Shown here: in pieces, positions 51,263-64,000 of the stretch
Position numbering within the stretch: position 1 is the first letter of the stretch
Layout: every line of letters begins with the position of its first letter
Assembly: GCA_964016885.1 (NCBI GenBank)
Contig: OZ024742.1
Location: 327,794,001 to 327,858,000 of the forward strand
Origin: Eledone cirrhosa
Lineage: Eukaryota
Length of the DNA stretch: 64,000 bases
Reading direction: 5' to 3'
Translations under genes and position numbers: made by a program
The notes under the pieces: generated by a model
What the model was told of the DNA's origin: nothing
Database searches by the model: none
What the model saw: only the letters and a program-made list of their open reading frames with translations

Positions 51263-51758
51263 GTATGCATGTAAGCATGTATGCATGTATGTATATATAT
51301 ATATGTATGTATACATATACGTACGTATATCACCAATAGTCTAAAAAAACGAAAGATGTAGATATTTAGCGAAGTATTTGTGACTTCAAAATCTAAATAT
51401 TTAAGAAATTCTAATGATGAAACAGAAATATACTTTTTGAAATCCTAGTAAGGAAAGAAGTAAGAAAAAATCCGAAAAACAGCAAAAAATAATGAACTTA
51501 TTATTGTGAAATATTCTGTTAAATAATATGAAAATACGAAAGGAAATATGAAAAGAATTTTGATACAAGAGAAAAAAATCGGAAATATTTCATTTTCCTT
51601 AATGATAATCCACATGAAGAATATATGTTTATGTTGTAGAGAGAAAGAAAAAAAAAATATATATATATAAGATCTGCTCATTCGGCAAAATAGACACATA
51701 TGCACACGCACACAAGAATCTATACATACAAACAAAGACACAGATACAGACACGCACA

Positions 51759-51876
<118 letters not shown>

Positions 51877-51940
51877 TATATAGACATATATATATAATTA
51901 TATATATATACATATATATATATATATAATTATATATATC

Positions 51941-51976
<36 letters not shown>

Positions 51977-52209
51977 CATATATAATGTGTGTATGTATAC
52001 ATATATATATATATACATACACACACATCTATAATGTGTGTATGTATATATACATTCATATTTATATATATATATACATATATATATATAGATATATATA
52101 CATATATATATACATATATATATATACATATATATATACATATATATATATATATACTTATATATATATACATATATATACATATATATATATACATATA
52201 TATACATAT

Positions 52210-52242
<33 letters not shown>

Positions 52243-52480
52243 TATTTATATATACTTATATGTACATAGATATAAATATGTCTGTGTATATACACATTTG
52301 TATGAATATATATGTATATATATAAAGACATACACATATACACACATACACATATACACATATACACACACACATTTACATTACATACATACATACATGC
52401 ATAAATATGTATACGTGTATCACTGACGTGCTGAGAGTGTGTATTAGATTCTCCCAATACATATATACATATATATATAT

Positions 52481-52543
<63 letters not shown>

Positions 52544-52664
52544 AATTTTTATATGTATACATATATACATACTTATACACAAATAAACATGCATTCATAC
52601 TCACACGCCCGCACATCACACATTCACACACATACACACACACATACGCATACACACACACACG

Positions 52665-52725
<61 letters not shown>

Positions 52726-52760
52726 AAACAGATATCACTCATTACATACTTACACATGTA

Positions 52761-52827
<67 letters not shown>

Positions 52828-53464
52828 ATGTGTGTGTGTGTGTGTAAACAGATATCACTCATTACATACTTACACATGTAGGTTTGAAACATGGCAGTCA
52901 TATGGTTGTATATAGAAAAAAGAGTTGTTGAAAAAATAGTTTGTTACGGATATTTATTAAATAATTTTTATTGGAGCCTTTTGGCATTAATATTCTCGCG
53001 ATGCTTCTATTGTCGCCACAGCAGTAAACTATTCGGGGAAAAAATATGCCTCCCAAACCAAAAAGTTTGTAATTATCAACGTGATCATAATAATCACAAT
53101 GATAATAATAATAATTGTTTCTACTTTTGGCACAAGGCCAGCAAATACCCAGTGCATTACTGGTACTTTATTTTATCGACCCCGTAAGGATGAAAGGCAA
53201 AGTTAGATGTCTACTATAGGCGCAAGGTCAGCAATTTTGGGGAAGGAGAAAGTTGATCAAATCGACCCCAGTGAATGCCTGGTACTTTATTTTATCGACC
53301 CCAGTGTGTATGTATACACACTGGGGTCGATTTGATCAACTTTCTCCTTCCCCAAAATTGGAACAAGCTCAGGGCAAGTCCATTCACACGGGACATTCTT
53401 GGCTCTCTCTCACTTAACTTTCAACGAAATATCTGGAAGGTATCACCTATCTCTCCACACTGAC

Positions 53465-54822
53465 TTTCCTTTTCAAGAAGTCACCGAACAAGTCTGGCAT
53501 ATGTACGTAAAACTCGTAGGGCCAACCATTCAAACCAAGTGATATACCCCTCACGCCGCCAGTCATTGCTTCCGGTATCTCAACACCAGTTATCGGCCTT
53601 TCGCAACACTCCGTCTCCGTCAGCGAGAGCCGCAGCAGGCCCTCGAGGTAGGGACTAACATCCATTCTGTGATCCGACCCACCACTCTTCCCGAACATTT
53701 GAGCGATGTTCTGTTGAGAGGCTGCACATATCTGCTCGGGATTGACTAACATGCGCCCGTCGTAGTGTATCAAAAACAGGGTCATGGCTTTGTTCCCACG
53801 CCGTGCCTCCGCCACCCTCGTCCATCGAATGGTTTTTGTCGTCTCATGTCTTAGTGCACACGCCCAAGCTCTGATCATGTGACCTTCATGCTTAGCGTTG
53901 ATGAATTGGTCGAAGGCCAATCTCGCCGCTTGCTCGTCGGCCGCGATGTCTTTTCTAAGAACGTCGTCTAGTGTTCTAACTAGATCCTCCTCTTGTCAAT
54001 TTTTTTCTATCACTATAGTCTTGCTAAATCTAACAGATTCCACTTTGATTTCCCTTTGAACGTCTTTGATCGCCGGTTCATCCACGTAGCACCCGACGAC
54101 GCTGTTAGATGTCATGGATCTGCTTCACCGTCTTTTCATCGTTAATTTTTGCTTCTGTTACAGCCGCCAGATATGGGTGGTCTAACCTAAAGAAAGGTTT
54201 CGATTGATCTAGTTGATCAAAGCTCCATCCATGTCAGATTTCCTAACCACCTTTTCTATGATGTATAGCATAAGATGGAGTTTGTCGTTGATGGAGTAGT
54301 TTGGAATGGTGCATGTCTGTGCCAAACTTAATAGAGCACCAGCGACATGCGCCAACCTCGTCGTCAACAACTTGGCCAAGATTTTAAAGTGTGAATTAAG
54401 ATGAGTTATGAGACTGACATTGTCAATATAGTCCTCTTCTTTGGGTCCATGTTCAGCAGCACCAAAGCTACTCGGCTTAGAGATCCAGGAATTATCACGT
54501 TGCAGTAAATATCTGTCAAGGGGGTCACCGAAAAGTGTAGTAAGCAAAGTGTAGTAAGCAACCTTATACCTTTTTCAGTTAGTCATTATCCCCCCCCCCC
54601 ACATATTTTAGCGGCTCCTGTTGGCTTTTTCGCAAAACTGCACTTCCATCGCCGAGAGCTGCGATCAGCCGTTGGGGGAAATTATGAAGTCCATACCCTG
54701 ATCTAGCCCACCACTTTTCCCGAACAGTTGAACGAAGTGTTACTGAAAAGTCGCTTGCATCTTGAGTACCAAGCGTCCGTCGACGTCCTCCAAAGACCGG
54801 ATTGTGGCTTTGTAGTCACGCC
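53465..54822 (-). pseudogene. Two degenerate Tx1 ORF2 fragments (53465-54060, 54190-54822)
   Basis: NAKHEG..RA, SPYLEGL.RLS, PYEFY..MPDLF; FKILAK.L..RLA, AQTCTIP..SI.D.LHLM, GALIN. Confidence 0.85.
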
Positions 54823-55923
54823 AGCAATTATCCCAGTACATTACTGGTACTTTATTTTATCGACCCCCGTAAGGATGAAAGGCAAAGTTAACATCGGCGG
54901 GATTTGAACTCAGAATGGCAAGGGCCGTAACTCTATGCGTCAAAGCATGGGGTCCGACCCTTTACCAATACTGCCAATTCACCGCCCTCTAATAATAATG
55001 ATAATGTTTCTACGTTTGGCACAAAGCTAGAAATTTGAAGGGAAGGAGAATGTCGACTAATTCTCCCAAGTACGTTAATGTTACGTCATTTTATCGAAAC
55101 CGTAAAGGGACGTAACTAAATGCCGCAAAACATTTTATCCGACGTTCTACCGATACTGCCAATCCACCAACGATAATTTTTAATTTAGTTATAAGGCCAG
55201 TAATTTTTCGGGTGGAGCATGTCGATTATATCGACTTCGATTTTTTTACAAGTAATTTATTTCATTGACCCCGGACTCAAGAAAGCAAAATTGACCTCTG
55301 CTGGATTTGAACTCAGATATAAAGAGCCACAATACATCACGTGGTATTTTGTGCGACTTTCTAACAATTCTCATAATTCGCCGCCATTCTATCAATTCGC
55401 CTAATGGTGATGATAAAGATGATGATGATAATGATGATGATAATTATGATGATGATGATGATGATGATGATTATGTTAATGATGATGATGATGATGATGA
55501 TGATGTTAATGATGATGATGATGAAGGTGATAAAATTGGTGTGTAATGGTGGTTTTCTTCATCGTTTCTCTCGTTATCATTCTCACAATTCTTTTTAAGC
55601 TGTTGTACCCGTCTGATCGGAGATTCTGTATGTATTCCCACAAACATGTATGCATGCACACATATTCACAAACACACTATATAGACAGCCGCACACTCAT
55701 GAGCATAAACCATCAAATACACACACATACATACATATTCGCACACATACACAGACAGAGACACACGCAGATATATATATATATGCTTACATTCATACGA
55801 TTTTAGGTTCATATGTTTGCGTTTAGCAATACATATTTATATACTCATAAGCCTAATATTTGTGACTCTGTATGTGTGTGTTTGTGTGTCACTGTGTTTT
55901 AGTGTGCATGTTAAAGTGTGTGT

Positions 55924-56034
<111 letters not shown>

Positions 56035-56463
56035 AAAGAGAGAGAGAGAGAGAAGGAGAGAGTGCGAGTTAAATATATATAGCTGAATATTTTTTCTGTG
56101 TAATGGTTGTCTTTAAAATTTAATACGTAATGTGCGCCATTGTTACTGTCGCGGTAAATTTTTCGTTTCAGCAAAAGTATATTTTGGCTTTCTATCTGTA
56201 CGTTCGCATGTATGTATGTATGTATGTATGTATGTATGTATGTATGTATGTATGTATGTATGTATGTATGTATGTATGCATGTATGTATGTATGTATGTA
56301 TGTATGAAAGCATGTATTTATGTATGTACGTACGCATGTATGTATGTGTGTATGTACGTACGCATGTATGCATGTATGTATGTATGTATGTATGACTGTA
56401 TGTATGTATATACACAATCACATACATATAAATGCATCTTTCCGCAGGCACACACATGCATCC

Positions 56464-57326
<863 letters not shown>

Positions 57327-57418
57327 CAGAAGGGATATTCAATTTGTTGGTGATTCAACAAATATAAATGTTTATAACTGATTCAGAGCACTCGACAAAT
57401 TTTCTGGAGTATAATATT

Positions 57419-57773
57419 CAATGATATTAAATAAATGGAAACTATATTTATAAATCCATATTTATTCTATTATATATATTTCTAGGGTACCAAAACTTTG
57501 GTACACTATCATCAGATAAAATACGAAGTGTGTTTTATAAATTTTGACATAACCAAGGAAAATATACTTTAACGGTTCAAGTTTTCCTTGGATAGACTAT
57601 CCAAGGAAAACTTGAACCGTTAAAGTATATTTTCCTTGGTTATGTCAAAATTTATAAAACACACTTCGTATTTTATCTGATGATAGTGTACCAAAGTTTT
57701 GGTACCCTAGAAATATATATAATAGAATAAATATGGATTTATAAATATAGTTTCCATTTATTTAATATCATTG
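57419..57773. repeat. Perfect palindrome (177 bp arms, centre 57596) of the 40228 hammerhead unit
   Basis: CCTTGGATAG-A-CTATCCAAGG; left arm continues to ~57322 as a full unit. Confidence 0.93.
57669..57729 (+). ncRNA. Minimal type I hammerhead ribozyme motif (mirror copy 57463-57523 on -)
   Basis: TATTTTAT-CTGATGA-TAGTGTACCAAA gt TTTGGTACCCTA-GAAA-TATATA-TA-ATAGAATA: intact core, three stems. Confidence 0.8.
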
Positions 57774-58494
57774 TATATATATATATATTTATTAAAATAA
57801 CAGATTAAAGTTTAAGCAAAGAATCGCTGCGTTCACCCTTAACGGGATCTTCTGAAACTAACAAAGTCAATCTGTAAACGCAGAACTGTTATATACGTAT
57901 GTATTTATATACGTATGTATTTATTTATATACGTTTATATAATTATTTATTTGTATACACGCATACACACACACACATATTTATATGTTCGTGGATTTGT
58001 AGACCTATGGCAAGGTTTTGCGTATGCTTGTGTATGTACGTATTTGTTTGCGTGTATGTATTTATTTATTTCTATTACTTCTGCATTGTATTTATTTACT
58101 TTGTTCTTAACTCTGTAGCGGAGATTCATTTGGTCACCTAGTTAGAATTTTAGTCTACGACTTCTGCTATACCATTTACGTGGTTTTGTCTTTGCGCGCT
58201 ATTGTTCTCCACACTCCACATTGACGTATTATCCTCGTTTTTTCGTTCATTGCCAGAGAACGTCTCTATGCACCACCTAAGAGAACATTAGTCTACGACC
58301 TCTTTTATACCATAAACGTGGTTCTGTCTTTGCGCGTAATTGTTTTTCACCGCTCCTATTAATGACGTATTATTCGTTTTTTCCCGTTCTTTGCCAGCGA
58401 ACGTTTCCACGAACCAAAGTATCGTCTTCCTGTCTTCCTCCGGTTGCAACGTTTTTTGAAATATCCAGTTCTGCGTTTACAGATTGACTTTGTT

Positions 58495-58545
58495 AGTTTC
58501 AGAAGATCCCGTTAAGGGTGAAAGCAGCGATTCTTTGCTTAAACT
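58495..58545 (+). ncRNA. Variant-core hammerhead-like motif (CAGAAGA)
   Basis: AGTTT-CAGAAGA-tCCC gttaa GGGt-GAAA-GCA..TGC-TT-AAACT. Confidence 0.6.
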
Positions 58546-58653
58546 ATAATCTGTTATTTTAATAAATATTTGCTCTACGGTTCTTATATATTTGATATAT
58601 ATCTATCCTTATCGAGCCCTCTTTTGGATTTTAGTCTTCAAATTTATTATTAT

Positions 58654-58692
<39 letters not shown>

Positions 58693-58696
<4 letters not shown>

Positions 58697-59470
58697 CAGT
58701 AGCACTAAAATAGCGCTAAGTCAAATAGAGGTGGATGTGAATGCATATGCTAGATGAATATATATATAGTAAAATACATGAGAGACTCGATATCAAAGAA
58801 AAAAATATTCTTTCGATATGAAAAACATTTATTTTTCGCTTTTGCTCTGTGAACAAATCACATATATCTCAGTAGCCCTTGAGAATACATGACAGCTGTT
58901 TCGGGATTCGTTAATGTCTCACCAGCGGTATTCACTCAACCTTTAATGTGATGTAAAAAGACAAATTTTGTGTATTGAACATTTATTGTAGATGCTAATT
59001 TGCTGATTGTAAATAGAAAACATCGGCTGGAAATGTTCATTTGCATTTTGTGCGAAATTAGCTCGTTATATTTAATTGGTAGTAGCACTAAGACAGCGTT
59101 TAACATCTTAAGGTTCTATATGAAAGCTTATACTGTATATATGTGTGTATATATAAAGCATATCAGAATCTCGGTATAAAAAAAATGTATATATATATAT
59201 TTGCGTTATGAAAATAATATTTTTCTTTCTTTTGAGAACATGTCACAGATACTTTAGAATACCTTAGTAGTCATTGAGAATGCCAGACAGCTGTTTAAAG
59301 ATTCATTGATGTTTCATCAGTGAAATTCATTCAAGCACTACTTTTATGAAAATAGACTAGAGCCTATACTGATTTTGCATGCTGAACATTTACTAGAGAT
59401 GTTCATTTGCATATAGTGCCAATTGGGTTGGTTATAATTATTTGGCACTATCACTAGACACAAAGATAGC
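58693..59470 (-). repeat. Diverged ~370-395 bp tandem repeat, one hammerhead-like motif per unit
   Basis: TTGG(C/T)AGTAGCACTAA at 58693, 59077, related at 59442; GACAGCTGTTT at 58891 and 59286. Confidence 0.7.
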
Positions 59471-60653
59471 GTCATTCACCAATATAAACATACCACAGAC
59501 AGAAAAATACTTTTTACAACATTGACAATATACAAAACTGACACTGAATACACTTAACGGAGTTTTCAGGGAGATTCACCGTGACATAGTGTGACCAACC
59601 TGTTATTTTGAATTAACAAGCACAAGTCCTTTTCTTCAGCTGAGTGAACTGGGGAATGTCTTTCAGCATGAGTCGAACACTGTAACTACTGAGCCACGTG
59701 CCTTTACGACAAAAGACAATCTATTGATAACGGCCCCATATATTGTTATGAGACATAATTAACGTAGGGTGTCATTATTCAATGAGAAAATGGCAGAATC
59801 GATAGAGTGTCGGCAACATGCTTAGCGGCATAGAGTTATGGCCCTTTACATTCTGAGTTGTTATCCCGTTGAGGTTAGCTTTGCCTTCCATACTAAAGGG
59901 GTTTATAAAATAAAGTACCAGTATTGCACTGGGTCGATTTAATCGAATTTCCCTTTCCCCCCAAATTGTTGGCCTTGTGCCTAAATCAGAAACCATGACT
60001 TTATGACTATACTTATATTAAAGCATTTGGGTGTGGATTGGAGTAATGTTGACATGAAGTCGGCAGAACAGATGTAGGCCGCGAAAACCTCATCAAAATT
60101 ATGAGTTTAAGGAATTCATTAATATACTGAAATATGATATGTCATTTCTATATGACAGGCTTAGTTATTCTGCCGACTACTTTAGTATTATAAATCTACT
60201 TTATCTATTTCGATGTAGTGCAAGAATCGAGGTTTCTTTATATATGAGGTTCGATTCTTTATATATGAGGTTCGATTCTTCGCAGGTGCTTCCTTCTGCC
60301 CACTTTTACTGTCTCCAATGTTATCGTGCACGATTTTCACAAGTATTATTTATAGTGATTTGGTTATTACAGTTATTTTCTGCATTTGGGACGTTCACAA
60401 TCTCAAATTTATATATATACTTACATAAACACATATGTATGAGTGTGTGTGTGTGTGTGTTTGTGCGTGCGTGTGTGTGCATGTGTATGCGTATTTTTAT
60501 ATACAGATACAAACAAATGTATTTATATATATATAATGTATATGGGTGTGTTTTGTGCGTATGTAATCTTACACTTGTGTGTGTTTATGTGCTTATTTTC
60601 ACACAAACGTAAAGGCATGGAAAGATTCCAATAAGTTTTAAAAAATACCTAAG

Positions 60654-60746
<93 letters not shown>

Positions 60747-60759
60747 GGAGAGGTACAAA

Positions 60760-61110
60760 TCCAATAAGAGAATCTAATAAACATGAAGAAACATATTGAT
60801 GAGTTTCTAGAATACAATAACATAAACCATTCTTTTTTTAATCTCTACCATATATTTCTAGTATAAGCATTTATAAGAGAAACATATATCTGTACTCCTA
60901 CAGAATCTTAATTACACCTGAGTGTATATAAAAACCTCTGAAAGAAGTCTTGCTTTTCTTTCAGAGGATTTCTTTTCAATTATCAAGAAATATGTTTTTA
61001 CAATCTAACAAGGCTTATGTAGTATTTGGAGGATTTAACATAATTTCTGTTGACGGCAATATGGATAATTTGGCTCTAGCATGTCTAAAGAAGAAATCTT
61101 TGTTGACGCA
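60760..61110 (+). pseudogene. Possible old L1/Tx1 AP-endonuclease relic
   Basis: EDFFSIIKKYVLQSNKAYVVFGGFN resembles the APE GDFN region. Confidence 0.35.
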
Positions 61111-61355
61111 AACATAGATGCTACTAGCACTAGTGATAAATATATATAAGTGTTGGTATATCTTCTTAAACATACTAATGCATATATATATAGGTAAAAA
61201 TAATAATAAAAAATTCCGTTGTCATCGGCCGTCAAAATAGACGTATACATTTTCGACTTCAAACAACAGTAATGTTGGTTGGTCCATATTGGGTCACAGT
61301 CTCTGACAAATAGCCAAACGCTGTCCAATGATTTAGAAGAAACAAAACATATACA

Positions 61356-61401
<46 letters not shown>

Positions 61402-61623
61402 TGTCAGTTCATTGTTAGAGTTATATTTTATCACTGCAATCAACAAATTGTGGCACCAGCAGAATTAAGCACACTACGTCAGTTATAACTATCAAAGTAA
61501 GATCTGGTATCACGTAAACCGGTATCCGAGGGAGTATGTGGTGTGTTAGTAAATATGAAAACACATTTCTGAATTTTTGTATTCTAATTTACCTAATAAC
61601 AACTGTTATATACATTTCAGTGG

Positions 61624-61709
<86 letters not shown>

Positions 61710-61722
61710 CACGCACACACAA

Positions 61723-61882
<160 letters not shown>

Positions 61883-62225
61883 TATAAATTATGACCATAG
61901 AATCATTTGATAATATATATACACCATTTCATCTCCCAAATTACCCATAATCAACCACACAAAAAAACAATTAAACCAGGCTATAAGATTAAAAGGCACC
62001 TATGAAGAAATAATAGATAAATAAACGACAGCCATCTATTTGCAATCAACAGCCATAGAATAGTTACACAGAATTTCAATAGCACGTGGAAATCGATTAA
62101 ATATACCGTCAACCATACACAATTAGGTATAATATTAAAGTTAGAAGAAAAAATGCATATACACATACCAGGATTACGTTTCTACCCTTTAGGGTTTCGT
62201 TCGCTTTCGGATATATATATATATA

Positions 62226-62730
62226 CTAGCTAAACTACCCGTCCATTGGACGGTTCCAGTAGCTTTCGGTGTAGCTCATTAAACTAAACAAAGTAAATTT
62301 GACCATATTTGAACATCAAGCTTGAAACGATAAATTATACAATGTCAAATCTATAACTTAACTTAGTAATCTGTTAGAAATTGGTGGTTGTGAAATATAC
62401 AAAATAATATTGTTATTTTCTTTGTTTTAAGTACAAAAAGTAAATTAAAATCCGAATGAGCCGAATTACGAAAGATAACTCTTGATTACGAAAGATGTCT
62501 TACTTAATCACGAAAATTCACACAAATAACCGAAATTTTTTAATGTCTCCAAAGGCCCCAATATCGATTTTTGAAAGCCTTTGGAGGTCATGTACAGGTT
62601 TTCTGCAAGGAGAAGCTCTGTAAAAAATTTCAAAGAAATCGCATGAATGGTTTATAATATATGAGCCCTCATTAAAAATTGTCCACACACATATACACAT
62701 ACATACAGAAAACTACAGATTTATATATAT
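62226..62730 (-). mobile_element. Non-autonomous Helitron-like element
   Basis: CTAG terminus at 62226 with hairpin CCGTCCA-T-TGGACGG just inside; TATAAATCTG..GTATGT 5' end on -. Confidence 0.7.
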
Positions 62731-62942
62731 ACATATATATATATATAACGAAGAAAATGTGGTAAGGAACCAGGTGGACCATAACGCACCAAAGTACTCA
62801 ATACATAGGGTAGTAGAGTGGGTAATAGGAACAAGTAAGACCCCGACGGCTGAGCGCAAGCCGTTTCGACGTCCAGAATTAGCCGTCGAAACGGCTTGAG
62901 CTCAGCCTTCGGGGTCTTACTTGTTCCCATATATATATATAC

Positions 62943-62978
<36 letters not shown>

Positions 62979-63290
62979 TTATGTGTGTGTGTGGGGGGGG
63001 GGGGTCTGTGTGTGTGTGTGTGTATGTGTTTTAGAAAGTCGGAGCCCGATGACTGAGCGTTTGCCGTTTCGACAGAAAATACTTGAATTTGTTGTCGAAA
63101 CAGCCCAGCAACAATTAGAAATTTACGTTGGTGCTCGGAAATAGTGATTGTTGAAGCTAGGTATGGGACTTTAGTAACTGCCTTAAATTCATAGCGAAAG
63201 TCTTTCAAAGTATTTTAAAATAAACATACTCAATATTACATATTACTAAATATAAAATACGTACCTTCATATATGTTTCAGAACACCAAC

Positions 63291-63358
<68 letters not shown>

Positions 63359-63371
63359 GGTGGTGTTCTGA

Positions 63372-63407
<36 letters not shown>

Positions 63408-63454
63408 AGAAGTATAAGTCAACAGGTTAAAATTAACTTTATATATTCATAGCC

Positions 63455-63513
63455 GGTGTTATATATATTTCGGTGTTAACCGTTATGCAACAGCTATGAC
63501 CTCATCAAACAGC
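63455..63513 (-). ncRNA. Hammerhead-like motif (C3 to U)
   Basis: GCTGT-TTGATGA-GGT..ACC-GAAA-TATATA-TA-ACACC. Confidence 0.55.
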
Positions 63514-63756
63514 GAGAATTTGAACAGAAAAAAACAAAAAGATGGAATAAAGCTTACTTCTGTTGTTTCAATTCCTTGTTAAGCTCCGTGCTAAAATGTG
63601 TTGGTGTTTCAAGCCCCTGGTCTGTCCGGCCTCCTGTATATATATATATATATTGAGTATATGTTGGTTGTTTACCGACACATCAATATGCAGATTGGAG
63701 CACTCGACGAAGTACGCAGGTTGGTTTGTTTACTCCGGAGTAATGTAAAATAGTTA

Positions 63757-63996
63757 AGTAAAATATGTAAAATTTGGCTTCGTTTATTACAAATTATAGA
63801 TATACTGCTATATATATATTTCCGTGACAGCCATCATTGGTGTGTTTTACTCCGTCAATACATCGATATGTCCAGCTCCTGGTATTGTTGTTATTTCTCT
63901 TAGCAACTGCAATCATATGATGGCTGTCACCGAAATATATATAGCAGTATATCTATAATTTTTAATAAACGAAGCCAAATTTTACATATTTGACTT
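63757..63996. repeat. Fold-back unit, ~80 bp arms, degenerate hammerhead-like motif
   Basis: ATGATGGCTGTCACCGAAATATATATAGCAG and its reverse complement. Confidence 0.8.
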
Positions 63997-64000
63997 AATT

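Noticed and set aside
55404-55530. Poly-Asp/poly-Met ORFs
   Set aside because: (GAT)n microsatellite.
63270-63378. 25 bp inverted repeat around (TA)n
   Set aside because: Too short to assign to a family; may be local repair or an assembly effect.

Overview
This is eukaryotic, AT-rich, microsatellite-saturated DNA with no recognisable host exon. The SINE and repeat content looks like an octopus/cephalopod genome, which is inference only. All credible coding sequence is transposon-derived: RTE, R4/Dong-like (RLE), an intact two-ORF Tx1/L1, CR1-group, RTEX-like, two Penelope-like elements (PLEs), mariner and pogo relics. There are also Helitron/hAT-type non-autonomous elements and many tRNA-type SINEs. 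Two systems stand out. (1) A (GTAT)n/(CATA)n-anchored retrotransposon community at 1-16.3 kb and 49.2-51.3 kb. An RTE with three C-terminal C2H2 fingers and two non-coding families share one 3' hairpin terminus plus GTAT tail and all lie on +. An R4/Dong element sits in the same tracts, always on -. A full-length Tx1 sits in the (ATT)n of the RTE 3'UTR. (2) More than a dozen type I hammerhead-ribozyme-like motifs, canonical and variant-core, from several unrelated short families. They sit in (TA)n tracts as fold-back or tandem units and in the 3' regions of both PLEs, suggesting a PLE/retrozyme ecosystem. Most short ORFs in the track are microsatellite or antisense artefacts. All coordinates and base-pairings were read by eye.
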